NCBI GenBank assembly: GCA_964385685.1
Contig: CAYLQD010000003.1
Location: 30,361 to 94,360, forward strand
Direction: 5' to 3'
Length of the DNA stretch: 64,000 nt
From: an uncultured Planctomycetota bacterium
GTDB lineage: Bacteria; Planctomycetota; PUPC01
The notes under the pieces were generated by a model. It had not been told where the DNA came from. It saw only the letters and a program-made list of their open reading frames with translations, and did no database searches. This document shows, one piece after another, positions 10,701 to 21,904 of this stretch. Position numbers and translations under genes: made by a program. Every line of letters starts with the position of its first letter. The first letter of the stretch is position 1.

Positions 10701-11794
10701 GTGCCCGTCGCCCGCGCCGGTCGAGCCGCCGCCGGCTTGGGCAGTGTCGCGGCCGGCTGCTCGCCCCGCGAAACCCGCTCGAGATCCCCCAGCAGCTCCG
10801 TCGGCGTCTGGTAGCGGGCCTCGCGGTCCTTCTCCATCATCCTCTGGATGACGAGCGAGAATCCGGCGGAGACCTCGGGGTTGCGCTCGTCGGGCGGGAC
10901 GAGCTTCTCGGACATGTGCTTGCTCATGATGATCGGCGCCGAGCCGCCCTCGAACGGCAGGTGCCCGGTCGCCGCGCGGTAGAGGGTCGCGCCCAGCGAG
11001 TAGATGTCGCTGCGGACGTCGATCTCCCGCTCGCCGCGCGCCTGCTCGGGGTTGATGTAGTTGGGCGTGCCGATCGCCATGCCGACCTGCGTGACCGACG
11101 TGTCGCCGGCCTCGGTCGACTTCGCCAGCCCGAGGTCCGCCAGCTTCGCGACCCCGGTCCCCTTCTCGATCAGGATGTTGGCCGGCTTCACGTCGCGGTG
11201 GACCATGCCGAACCGGGAGGCGTGCTCGAGCGCCCGAGCCATCTGAATGCCGATGTCGACGCACTCGTCTTCCGGCAGCGCACCCTCGCGCGTGATGACC
11301 TCGCGCAGCGTCTCGCCGTCGACGAACTCGAGCGCGAAATAGTAGTAGCCCTTGTCGTTGCCCGCGTCGATGCCCTGAACGATGTTCGGGTGCCGGAGCC
11401 GGGCCGAGGCCTTGGCCTCGCGGAGGAACCGCTCGAGGTGGCGGGTGTCCTTCGCCAGCTTGGGCCGCATGAGCTTGAGGGCGACGATGCGGTCCATCAG
11501 GATCTGTCGCGCCCGATACACGGCGCCCATGCCGCCCTGGCCGATCTTTTCGAGCAGGTCGAACCCGCCGATGACGACGCGCTCGGAGCCCGAGCGGAGC
11601 GCCGCCGTCTGGGCCAGGTCCCGCAGCTTCACCGTGTCGCCGGCCTTGCGGTCGATCAGCACGTTGAGCAGCGGCTGCGTCTCGCCGGGCCGGTCGGAGG
11701 CCTGCGCACGACGGGCCTCGGCCATCGCCTCCGGCGACACGAGGCCGCGCTCGACGACGAGCTTCTCGAAAAGCTGTTCGGTTTCCGGGTTCAT
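7718..11794 (-). CDS. Large Hanks-type Ser/Thr protein kinase with TM helix and long alpha-helical/TPR-like C-terminal region
   Basis: IGQGGMGAVY, VALKLM, HRDVKPANILI, KLADLGLA, GTPNYINPEQ, DIYSLG motifs; TM IVLAGVAGAIALLAVVAVALG; ~900 aa helical tail. Confidence 0.9.
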   Translation of the reverse strand: MNPETEQLFEKLVVERGLVSPEAMAEARRAQASDRPGETQPLLNVLIDRKAGDTVKLRDLAQTAALRSGSERVVIGGFDLLEKIGQGGMGAVYRARQILMDRIVALKLMRPKLAKDTRHLERFLREAKASARLRHPNIVQGIDAGNDKGYYYFALEFVDGETLREVITREGALPEDECVDIGIQMARALEHASRFGMVHRDVKPANILIEKGTGVAKLADLGLAKSTEAGDTSVTQVGMAIGTPNYINPEQARGEREIDVRSDIYSLGATLYRAATGHLPFEGGSAPIIMSKHMSEKLVPPDERNPEVSAGFSLVIQRMMEKDREARYQTPTELLGDLERVSRGEQPAATLPKPAAARPARATGTPRSRPMIVLAGVAGAIALLAVVAVALGLFRREEGGGGGAGADAAILYTRAAQLARTEPTQEHFDGVLSNLNKCLALAPDGPRARDAEALKKAVQELRGLTQTTAKNPQQWILKAKALEKLAKSAPKDPPYGETVRAYWRSRAREHVAAAVHLAIAEPIRVPEASAWLQALKTYAPDTATAGEAAAKEPELAKILRDNSDHILATFAKRAESATAKRQFKTAAAIIRSSVPPHLVTPELQELIDKKVAVVHEAADRDYERLRNEVWALLDQNDAGQARDLFASDRDRLDLEHLRPKLDELGGTVDAADEFLRMFADVKQLEASVSADRWAVGKAVLAIRDRFPKDPYVAERLVPYDDLMRKALERGPVAAALKDVQGLIDRKEYAEADAAIDKLIAKPELLAAERLEAKGLRVRFGPEYVLVKRLTAGLPSHLPVTGIYLKVKGTGPLVRCNVLDVSTDGLWVETREGKRSLRWGELGAQAFYVLAFEKFPIIAKDDARGQYHLAQLLAGEKHGQAKELAHRAIELVEERPGSDVPGRATLLVRAHALLNRVLEDEAASALRQLADIVRQAEKPKVLEKALSAHDAFEREYGATRYVVEHADSVGEVEAVLAEALLEQRIVQIAPMVAKADWLGILARLAEAEDEAAAIGPQTSDRREQIAELRRFGRLYLAEATIYDQVFSVRPWKGNRLKALQEHADPLIARRAERYAAIFKVKVGRQKTPAAQLRYAYEEWSRRRKSHVWVSNVNTRLARYNGVFRHWPQARDQMAQAEANAAGDFAQTAIRDKKGTWLQNTGDYMLIAMAENFLRYRGDAGSPAGADMDQHRLNAYIRTAGRSRLLRFFVANQAEKAMREYRAVGDHPARFCLIAAGQHLALGSLTDAYKHYDRLCSSRSPQLKGYAWRGYLGRGRVRERAKKYAAAVSNYEKALARAKAWGDAYTCAKAITELCVHSGKYNRASVAKKAVNELLKRAGGGRTGARRRTAAVNLLRRKKE

Positions 11795-11919
11795 CGTTGC
11801 CACCGACGTGAACGCCCCCGGCGCGCACCCCCGCCGGAGGCCGAACTGGCCCACAGTTTATACACGCTAATTATAGCAGTCCTTACGCTCGAGCGGGAAG
11901 TGAGTTGCGGGGTCGTCCC

Positions 11920-12049
11920 GCTTTGTCGAAAACCGAGATCCTTCGCTGACGCTCAGGATGACACGAACACGCGGATCCCGCGATGATTGTCATTCCGAGC
12001 AGAGCGAAGAATCTCTACGCTGTCGCAAGAGCCGGTTTTCAACAGAGCA
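11920..12049. mobile_element. Miniature inverted-repeat element containing a REP-like doublet, flanked by a direct repeat
   Basis: TIRs gctttgtcgaaaacc (11920-11934) and ggttttcaacagagc (12034-12048); inner pair gagatccttcgctgacgctcaggatgaca / tgtcattccgagcagagcgaagaatctc; flanking direct repeat gggtcgtcccg at 11910-11920 and 12050-12060. Confidence 0.75.
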
Positions 12050-12063
12050 GGGTCGTCCCGGAA

Positions 12064-14070
12064 TCAGGCCCGGACGGTCGCTCCGAATTCCGCCTGCATC
12101 GCCCCGGCGACGGCCGCCATCGCCCCGTCGGCCTCCTCGCCCGTCAGCGTGCGGTCGCCGGCCCGGTAGGTGACCGTGAAGGCCAGCGCCTTCTTCCCCC
12201 GCTCGATCTGCTCGCCGCGATACTCGCTCAGGAACGCGACCGACTCGGCCAGTTCCCCGGCGGCCTCGCCGGCGCGGGCGCACACGTCCGCCCACGGCAC
12301 CCCCTCGTCGACCACGACGCACAGGTCGCGCCGAACGGCCGGGAACCTCGGCAGCGGCTGATGCCGCCGGACCGGCTCGGCCAACTCGACGAGAACGTCG
12401 AAGTCCAACTCGGCGACCGCGGGCGTCGTCCTCAGGTCGAAGACGGCCGCCAGATCGCCGGTGATGACGCCCGCGAACCCGAACGGGCGATCGCCGAGCG
12501 TCAGGCGCGCCGACTGCCCCGCCGCAAGGTTCGCGTCGGCGTATTCCGCATAGCTCACCTCGCCGGCCAGGCCGAGCCGCGCGAGCACTTCATCGAGCGC
12601 GCCCCGGACCGACCCGAAGCCGTCGTCGTCGAGAAGGGTGAGACAGGTCCGCTCCGACGGCCCGTCAGACCCGACCTCGTAGACCCGCGAGATCTCGAAG
12701 AGCGCCGAGCCCGACACGCCCTTGTTCAGGTGCGTCCGCTTGGCGGCAAGAAGCTGCGGGATCAAGCTCGTGCGCAGCGCCGGCTCCTCGCGGCTGACCG
12801 GATTGCGGATGAGGTGCACCCCGGGCGACCAGTGCTGGAACCGCTCGGCCACGCCGGCCGCGATGAAGCTCGACGTGCAGGCCTCGTTGTATCCAAGCCC
12901 GACGCAGAGGCCGCGGACGCGGTCCGACACGACGTCGATCTTCTGCCCAGGCACGGCCCGCACGGGCATGTGCGTCTCCTGCGGCACGTTGCTGTACCCG
13001 TGGGCTCGGGCCACCTCGCTGATGACGTCGATCTCGCGCCGCACCTCCTGCCGGAACGACGGCACGCGGACATCGAGCGCGTCCGCCGTCTCCGCGACGA
13101 CCTCGAACCCGAGCGGTTCGAGCAGAGCCGCCTGCTGCTCGGCGGGGATGTCGACGCCGAGGACGGCGCTCGCCCGCGCCGGGCGCAGCGAGATGGTGCG
13201 TTCGGGCTCCGGCCCCCGACCCACGTCGATCATGCCGCGGCAGACGGAGCCGCCGGCGAGTTCGGCGATGAGGGCCGCGGCGCGCTCCGAGCCCCAGTCG
13301 ACGCCACGCGGGTCGATGCTCCTCTCGAACCGGTACGACGAATCGCTCGACAGCCCGAGGGCGGCCGACGTGCGGCGGATGTTGGTCGAGAGGAACGCGG
13401 CGCTCTCGAGCAGCACGTTGGTGGTCGCGTCGCTGATTTCGGTCTCGAGCCCGCCCATCACGCCAGCGACCGCGGTCGGCGCCTCGGCGTCGGCGATGAC
13501 GAGCATCTCGTTCGTCAGTTTGTGGACGGAGCCGTCGATGACGGTCACCGGTTCGCCCGGCTTCGCGCGGCGGACGACGATGCGGCCGCCCCGCAGCCTG
13601 TCGAAGTCGAACGCGTGCAGCGGCTGGCCGCACTCCATCAGGACGAAGTTCGTGATGTCCACGATGTTGTTGACGGGGCGCAGGCCGACGGCCTCGAGCC
13701 GCCGGGCGAGCCACGCGGGGCTCGGGCCGACGGTGATGCCCGTGACGAGCCGCGCGGTGTATCGGGGGCAGAGGTCGGGCGCCGCCAGCTCGACGCTCGT
13801 GAGGACCGCGACGTCGTCGCCCGCGCACTCGAGGGCGACGTCGGGGATGCGGAGCGGGAGGCCCGTCAGGGCGGCGATCTCGCGGGCCACGCCGATCATC
13901 GAGAGCAGGTCGGGCCGGTTGGCCGTGATTTCGAGCTCGAGGGCCGTGTCGGCTCCGACCGACTCGACGCTGTCGACCTCGAGTCCCAGCTCGGGCAGGG
14001 CCGCGGCCAGCTCTTCGGGCGACAGGGCGAAGTCGCAGTATTCGCGGAGCCACTCGCAACTGACGTTCAT
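12064..14070 (-). CDS. pheT: Phenylalanyl-tRNA synthetase beta subunit (short form)
   Basis: MNVSCEWLREY, LEITANRPDLLSMIGVARE, NNIVDITNFVLMECGQPLHAFD, SSYRFER, C-terminal FDX-ACB (RFPAVRRDL, KALAFTVTYR). Confidence 0.95.
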   Translation of the reverse strand: MNVSCEWLREYCDFALSPEELAAALPELGLEVDSVESVGADTALELEITANRPDLLSMIGVAREIAALTGLPLRIPDVALECAGDDVAVLTSVELAAPDLCPRYTARLVTGITVGPSPAWLARRLEAVGLRPVNNIVDITNFVLMECGQPLHAFDFDRLRGGRIVVRRAKPGEPVTVIDGSVHKLTNEMLVIADAEAPTAVAGVMGGLETEISDATTNVLLESAAFLSTNIRRTSAALGLSSDSSYRFERSIDPRGVDWGSERAAALIAELAGGSVCRGMIDVGRGPEPERTISLRPARASAVLGVDIPAEQQAALLEPLGFEVVAETADALDVRVPSFRQEVRREIDVISEVARAHGYSNVPQETHMPVRAVPGQKIDVVSDRVRGLCVGLGYNEACTSSFIAAGVAERFQHWSPGVHLIRNPVSREEPALRTSLIPQLLAAKRTHLNKGVSGSALFEISRVYEVGSDGPSERTCLTLLDDDGFGSVRGALDEVLARLGLAGEVSYAEYADANLAAGQSARLTLGDRPFGFAGVITGDLAAVFDLRTTPAVAELDFDVLVELAEPVRRHQPLPRFPAVRRDLCVVVDEGVPWADVCARAGEAAGELAESVAFLSEYRGEQIERGKKALAFTVTYRAGDRTLTGEEADGAMAAVAGAMQAEFGATVRA

Positions 14071-14107
14071 ATCGGGCCTCGGTGCGGTGAGAAGACCGGT
14101 CCGGGAG

Positions 14108-14135
14108 ATTATAGGCGCGCGGCCGGGAAAGTCAA
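14108..14135 (-). promoter_or_regulatory. Sigma70-type promoter for pheT
   Basis: TTGACT-N16-TATAAT on the minus strand, 38 bp upstream of the ATG. Confidence 0.65.
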
Positions 14136-14199
14136 TCGCGGCGGGCGCCGTAGGCCCCCGGACTGGCCCGAAAAAGGGCCAAAACAGGCCCTTCATGTC

Positions 14200-14228
14200 T
14201 TGCCTTGCGCGCAGCGCTCTGCTATCAT
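14200..14228 (+). promoter_or_regulatory. Sigma70-type promoter for dnaN
   Basis: TTGCCT-N17-TATCAT with an extended -10 TG. Confidence 0.5.
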
Positions 14229-14321
14229 AAGGGCCGTCATCAGAGGCATCTCCACCGACGTTTTTCGGACGAATCATACAGCCCTACATACCCGCAAAAT
14301 GCAGCCCCGGGAGGATTCCGA

Positions 14322-15428
14322 ATGAAGGTTAAGTGCGACGCGAAGATTCTGGCGGACGCCCTCGGTGTGGTCGCATCGGTCGTGCCCGCGCGCAGCCCGA
14401 AGCCAGTGCTGGCGAACGTCAAGCTGGCCGCGACCGACGGCTCGCTCGAGCTGTCGGCGACCGATCTCGAGGTGGGCATCCGCCGGACGATCGGCGACGT
14501 CGAGGTCTCCGAGCCCGGCGAGGTGCTCCTGCCGGCGAACCAGGCGCTCAACATCGTGCGCGAGGCAACCGCGAAGACCATCGAATTGGCGGCCGAGGAG
14601 CGGAAGTGCATCATCTCGTATGAAGGCGCGACCTACGACCTCCCGTGCGACGAGCCGGCCGACTTCCCCGAGATGCCCGGCTTCAACGACAAGAAGGCCG
14701 TGACGATCGGCGCCGCCGACCTGAAGAGCATGATCGAGCGGACGAAGTTCGCCGCGGCGCGCGAGCAGGCCCGATACGCTCTGAACGGCATCCTGTTCGC
14801 CCTGAAGGGCGAGACGCTGAAGCTCGTGGCGACCGACGGCCGCCGGCTGGCGCTCGTCAAGGGCAAGGCGAAGAACAAGGGCGGGGTCGAGGCCGAGCCC
14901 ATCATCCCCACGAAGGCGATGGACCTGCTCGATAGGCTGATGACGAACCCGGAGGAAAAGGTCCAGATCGAGGTGGGCGACAGCCACGTCGTCGCGCAGA
15001 CGGCGGCGGGCACGCTCTACTCGCGCCTCGTCGAGGGGCATTTCCCGAGCTACGACGACGTGATCCCGAAGGACTGCGACAAGACGCTGACGATCGCCGC
15101 TCCGAAGCTTTTGTCGGCCATCCGCCGCGCCGCGCTCATCACGACCGAGGAATCGCGCTCGGTCCGCTTCTCGCTGAAGAAGAACGCTCTGACGCTGAGC
15201 ACACAGACGCTCGAAGGGCGGCGCGCGACCGTGACGGCGGAGGGCGCGTCGTACTCGGCGGAGGCGATGGACATCGCCTTCAACCCCGACTTCTTCACCG
15301 ACATGCTGAAGGTCGTCGGCGGCGATGAGATCAACGTCGAACTCAAGGACAGCACCAGCGCGGCCGTGGCGAAGATCGGCAAAGAGTACGTATATGTCGT
15401 GATGCCCGTGCAGCTTCAAGAGGCGTAG
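14322..15428 (+). CDS. dnaN: DNA polymerase III beta sliding clamp
   Basis: PKPVLANVKL, LSATDLEVGI, ARYALNGILF, LVATDGRRLA, SRLVEGHFPSY, FNPDFF, YVVMPV; GGAGG RBS. Confidence 0.97.
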   Translation: MKVKCDAKILADALGVVASVVPARSPKPVLANVKLAATDGSLELSATDLEVGIRRTIGDVEVSEPGEVLLPANQALNIVREATAKTIELAAEERKCIISYEGATYDLPCDEPADFPEMPGFNDKKAVTIGAADLKSMIERTKFAAAREQARYALNGILFALKGETLKLVATDGRRLALVKGKAKNKGGVEAEPIIPTKAMDLLDRLMTNPEEKVQIEVGDSHVVAQTAAGTLYSRLVEGHFPSYDDVIPKDCDKTLTIAAPKLLSAIRRAALITTEESRSVRFSLKKNALTLSTQTLEGRRATVTAEGASYSAEAMDIAFNPDFFTDMLKVVGGDEINVELKDSTSAAVAKIGKEYVYVVMPVQLQEA

Positions 15429-15824
15429 GGCCCCTGTCCCAGTCGCAACAGGATCGAAGGGGAAACTGCCGTTGTCAGGACCGGAAGCACGGCGTGGCCG
15501 CGGGCCGAAGGCGGTCGGCGAGATTCTCGCCGGCTACATGCGCACGTCCGGCATGAAGGAGAAGCTCCGGTCTCCGGCGGTCTACGACTGCTGGCCCGAG
15601 GTCGCCGGGGCGGAGGCGGCCGAGCACAGCCGCGTGGTCGGGTTCAACAACTGCGTGGTTCACGTTGAGGTCGACTCGGCCCCCTGGCTTCAGATGCTGG
15701 CGACATTCAGGAAGACAGAACTTCTGGGCGCGATGCGGCAGTTGCTGAGCGGCGTTCGCGTGACGGATATCCGGTTCAAGATCGGCGGCGGGCCGTCTGG
15801 CCCCGGCGCCTCGGAAAAGACAAC

Positions 15825-18260
<2,436 letters not shown>

Positions 18261-18398
18261 CACGGCCCCCGCCGGCGGCCGGCTGGCGGGGCTGCCAGAA
18301 TGACAAACTCGTGATACTGCCTTAATGCTACTTTGGTCCTACCCGTGTAGAATCGTGTTGATGGTACGACTCCGGTCCTGGCCGACGGGCGCCGCCGA

Positions 18399-19187
18399 AT
18401 GACAGAATCCTGCAGACTCGCGCCGACGGCCGAACTCGCGCTCCGCCGGGCTCTTGGCGCCGCCCTCTTCTTGTGCGCGCTTGCTCTTGTGTCGATGGCG
18501 TGGATGGACGCGGCCGTCATCGCTCGTCTGGACGCGTCATGTATCGAGGCCTGGCAGTTCCCCGTTGGCCTGATCTCCAATCTCGGGGAGAGGGAGGCGC
18601 TGGCTCTGATCTTCCTGACGCTGCTGGTCTGCTGGGGGTGGAGCCGCCTGGCGGTGACGGCGCTCGGCGCGGCGGCGGCCGCCAGCATCGCGTCGTCGGT
18701 GATCAAGGCGGTCGTGGGGCGCGCTCGCCCCGACGGGGCTAGCAGCTCGCACGCGTTTCCGTCCGGCCATGCGGCGGTCATGTTCGCTGTTGCCTTCGTG
18801 CTGGCGAAGCGGTTCCCGCGGTTCCGGTATGCGTTCTACTGCGGAGCGTTCACGGTCGCCCTCAGCCGGGTTCTCCTTCTCAAGCACTATCCGTCCGACG
18901 TGCTTGCGGGCGCGGCCCTGGGGCTGCTCGTCGCGGCCGGTGTCGTGGCGCTTCTGGCCCACAAGCTTCCGAACCTCGACGCGCTGCGCTGGCCCCGCTA
19001 TCTGGGCGCCGCCCTGCTGATTCCGCTCGCCATCCACATGGCCACACACTCCGGGAAACTCCAGTACGTCTCCTGGATCGTCGTCGGCGTCGCGATACCG
19101 GCCCTCGCGTGGACCTGGCTGGTTTCCCGCCGGACGCGACAGGGCCCGCGACCCGCTGCGGAAGGCGGAGCGGGCGAGGGCGCCTAG
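18399..19187 (+). CDS. PAP2 family phosphatase (membrane)
   Basis: KAVVGRARP, AFPSGH, SRVLLLKHYPSDV motifs. Confidence 0.85.
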   Translation: MTESCRLAPTAELALRRALGAALFLCALALVSMAWMDAAVIARLDASCIEAWQFPVGLISNLGEREALALIFLTLLVCWGWSRLAVTALGAAAAASIASSVIKAVVGRARPDGASSSHAFPSGHAAVMFAVAFVLAKRFPRFRYAFYCGAFTVALSRVLLLKHYPSDVLAGAALGLLVAAGVVALLAHKLPNLDALRWPRYLGAALLIPLAIHMATHSGKLQYVSWIVVGVAIPALAWTWLVSRRTRQGPRPAAEGGAGEGA

Positions 19188-19281
19188 AGGAGCCCGCTCG
19201 GCGGGCCTCGAGGATTGCCATTCGCCTGGCCGCGCGGGTGCCACGCTGATACAATCCGCCCGGCCGCCAGGAGGATCGCGC

Positions 19282-19725
19282 GTGAAACTGCATGAGATCG
19301 AGCCGGTGTTCGAGAAGCTCCCGGCCGTGTGCCGGCGCCGGGTGCTCTACGGCGAGACGGACAAGATGAACTTCGTCTACTACGCCCACTACCTGACGTG
19401 GTTCGAGCACGGCCGCAACGAGTACCTCCGGCTGTGCGGCCTGCCCTACACCGAGGTCGAGGAGCGCGGCTTCTTTCTGCCCGTGGTCGAGAGCCACGTG
19501 TGGTACGACTCCCCGGCTCAGTATGATGATCTGGTTGAGATTCGATGCGCCGTGGTCGAGTGTTCGCGGGCGTCGGCGACGTTTCTGTCCGCCCTCGAGG
19601 TCGACGGCCGACGCGTCGCTGCGGGCTCCACGCGCCACGCATGCGTCGACGCCGGCCACAAGCCGACCCGCTTTCCCGATTGGCTCCGCGAGAAGGTGCT
19701 GGAGCGGTACGACGTCGGCGTCTGA
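19282..19725 (+). CDS. YbgC/FadM-type acyl-CoA thioesterase
   Basis: RVLYGETDKMNFVYYAHYLTWFEHGRNEYLR. Confidence 0.85.
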   Translation: MKLHEIEPVFEKLPAVCRRRVLYGETDKMNFVYYAHYLTWFEHGRNEYLRLCGLPYTEVEERGFFLPVVESHVWYDSPAQYDDLVEIRCAVVECSRASATFLSALEVDGRRVAAGSTRHACVDAGHKPTRFPDWLREKVLERYDVGV

Positions 19726-19754
19726 GCCGTACCGCTCCACATCAGGTCAACTCC

Positions 19755-20492
19755 CTACGACCGCCGCTTCCTGCGAATCCCGAGGAGCGCGGCTGCCAGC
19801 AGCCCGAGGCCCGTGGGCTCGGGGACGACCTCTTCCCCGCCGGGCGTGGGGCGGCCGGGCGGCACGATCCGGCCGTACAGCGTCGAGGTCGTGTCCGTCT
19901 CCTCGAACAGGATGAACTCCTTCTCCAGGGTGATGCCGCCGTCGTTGCTGAAGCCGAGGAGTTCGAGCGTGTATTGCTCCCCGTCGTGCGGGAACGTCGT
20001 CGTCGAGAACACATCGACCGGCGTCAGCTTGTCGGCGCTGGCCACCGGATCGTCGGTGTTGACCGTGAGCAGGAACTCGAAATCGAACGTGAACGTCCGG
20101 TCCACGCCCGCCGGATTCGTGAAGTACACGTCGACGTTGACGGGCACCGACGTGACGCACGTGCCGACGACCGTTCGGCCGTTGTGGTAGAAAAGGTCGG
20201 CCACGGCGAACGGCTTGTTCTCGAGCGCCGAGAAGGCCAGCTCGCCCGTCATGGTGTACTCGTTCTGGCTCCCGCCCTCGGCAACAGCCGGCGCGCCCGA
20301 CAGGAGCGTGCTCGACATGTCCACGGGATAGGAACCGTTGTCCACCGTGTAGACGGGGCTGCCCGAAGGCGTGCCGAACCAGGCAAAGGTGTCGCCGCTG
20401 AAGACCGTGTCGGCACCGGCCTGCCCGACGAGGGCGAGCAAGAGCGTCGCGGCCACGAAGCTTCTCATCATCTTCATTGCCCTAACCTCCAT
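19755..20492 (-). CDS. PEP-CTERM protein (choice-of-anchor K-like domain)
   Basis: Signal peptide; C-terminal VVPEPTGLGLLAAALLGIRRKRRS; core TVNTDDPVASAD...YTLELLGFS...TLYGRI. Confidence 0.8.
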   Translation of the reverse strand: MEVRAMKMMRSFVAATLLLALVGQAGADTVFSGDTFAWFGTPSGSPVYTVDNGSYPVDMSSTLLSGAPAVAEGGSQNEYTMTGELAFSALENKPFAVADLFYHNGRTVVGTCVTSVPVNVDVYFTNPAGVDRTFTFDFEFLLTVNTDDPVASADKLTPVDVFSTTTFPHDGEQYTLELLGFSNDGGITLEKEFILFEETDTTSTLYGRIVPPGRPTPGGEEVVPEPTGLGLLAAALLGIRRKRRS

Positions 20493-20800
20493 GAGTGTTC
20501 TTGCCTCGGGACGACCCGAGGCGGTCCTTTACGTTGTCAGACTCAGTAACCTCCCGGGCGTCTGCCCGAGAAGACACTGTGCCATAAGGCAAATCGCGTG
20601 CCACTCGCGCGCATGTCTTCCCGCAGATCATGGGGGCGACCTGTTAACGCTCAGTTTCGTAAGGGATTATGCGGGCGAAAAAAGACCGGAATCGGCGAAA
20701 CCCGCTTTGTGTAGGTCCTGCTGAGTCGTGCTTAGCGGACTTTGGGGCCGGGCGCGTTGCGTTTCTTCGACTGGTTGCCGGGCGCTCGCGCGCCGCGCGG

Positions 20801-21904
20801 CTATGGGCGCAGCACGTACTCCGCTCCCCCCGACTTCCTGACGATGCACGCCCTGCCGCCGCAGGCGTCGATGGCGGCCGCCGCCTCGGCCTCGCGGCCG
20901 GGCGCGTAGGCGATCATCGTTCCGCCGCCCCCGCTGCCGTTGAGCTTGCCGCCGAGCGCGCCCGCCGCCCTGCAGCCCTCGAGCATGCTCTCGAGCTTCG
21001 GAGTCGAGATGCCTAAGCCGTTGCGGAGTTGCGCGTGATGCTCGTCGAGCATGGCCCCGAAGCGTTCGTGGTCCATCGGGCCGCTCGACAGCATCCGGCG
21101 TGCCTCGCGGCACAGGTCGCGGTTGACGACGTTCGCCCGTAGCTTCGCGGCCATCTCGGCGGGCAGGCCGCTGAGTTCGGCGAGGATTCGGTCCGCCGGC
21201 GTCTCGCGGAGCGAGAAACCCGGGATGCGGCTCGTCAGTTCTTCGATGCCGGCTTCGACCGCCCGCCGCGAGGCGAGCAGCGTGCCCTTCGTGTCCTTGT
21301 TCTCCAGGCTGTCGCCCAGCACAAAGCCGGGCAGGTCGCGGTCGATGGGGGCGACTTCGATCGGATCGACGCAGTCGATGGCGACCAAACCGCCGAGCGA
21401 GGTCGTGTAGTGGTCCATCGTGCCGCCCGGCTCGTTGAACTCGAGCACCTCGGCCCGGTGCGCGATCCGCGCGACCTCGGCGGCATCGGCGGCGGCGGGA
21501 TCGCCCGCGAGCGCGAGCAGCGTCTTCGCCCAGCCGACGCACATCGCCGACGAACTCGACACACCGGCATTCACCGGGATCGCGCTCGTGAAGACGAAGT
21601 CGTAGCCGCGGCCGAACTCGATGCCGCGCCGTTTCAGCACGTTCACGCACGCGGGCAGGTAGTCGCGCTGATGGCGGTACACGAGCGTCTCGGACGGCGC
21701 CAGCTCATCCGTCTCGCCCAGGTCGGGCATGTGGATGATGAACCTGCCGTCGTCTCGCGGCCACGCCCGGATCACGAAATGGAGGTCGATGGCCATCGCG
21801 ATGACGCTCAGGCCGAGGAAGTCCTGGTGCTCGCCGTGCAGGCAGATTCGGCCGGGCACGGAGGTGCGGATGAGTTCGTCCTTGCGGCTCGCCACGCTCT
21901 CCAT
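20801..21904 (-). CDS. GHMP kinase, galactokinase-like
   Basis: PGRICLHGEHQD, IPVNAGVSSSSA, GGTMDHY, GGKLNGSGGGGTMIA. Confidence 0.85.
   Translation of the reverse strand: MESVASRKDELIRTSVPGRICLHGEHQDFLGLSVIAMAIDLHFVIRAWPRDDGRFIIHMPDLGETDELAPSETLVYRHQRDYLPACVNVLKRRGIEFGRGYDFVFTSAIPVNAGVSSSSAMCVGWAKTLLALAGDPAAADAAEVARIAHRAEVLEFNEPGGTMDHYTTSLGGLVAIDCVDPIEVAPIDRDLPGFVLGDSLENKDTKGTLLASRRAVEAGIEELTSRIPGFSLRETPADRILAELSGLPAEMAAKLRANVVNRDLCREARRMLSSGPMDHERFGAMLDEHHAQLRNGLGISTPKLESMLEGCRAAGALGGKLNGSGGGGTMIAYAPGREAEAAAAIDACGGRACIVRKSGGAEYVLRP

Noticed and set aside
6572-11986. 1804-aa + strand ORF, and similar long antisense ORFs elsewhere (e.g. 11983-14325, 34357-36651, 50750-52861)
   Set aside because: They are shadows of well-supported genes on the opposite strand in high-GC DNA, with Arg/Ala/Pro-rich nonsense composition and no motifs.
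14070-14322. oriC upstream of dnaN
   Set aside because: No DnaA boxes or AT-rich unwinding element seen; the region is explained by two divergent promoters.
20570-20595. Sigma54 promoter upstream of the PEP-CTERM gene (TGGCACAGTGTCTTC)
   Set aside because: The -24 GG is present but the -12 position reads TC instead of GC.
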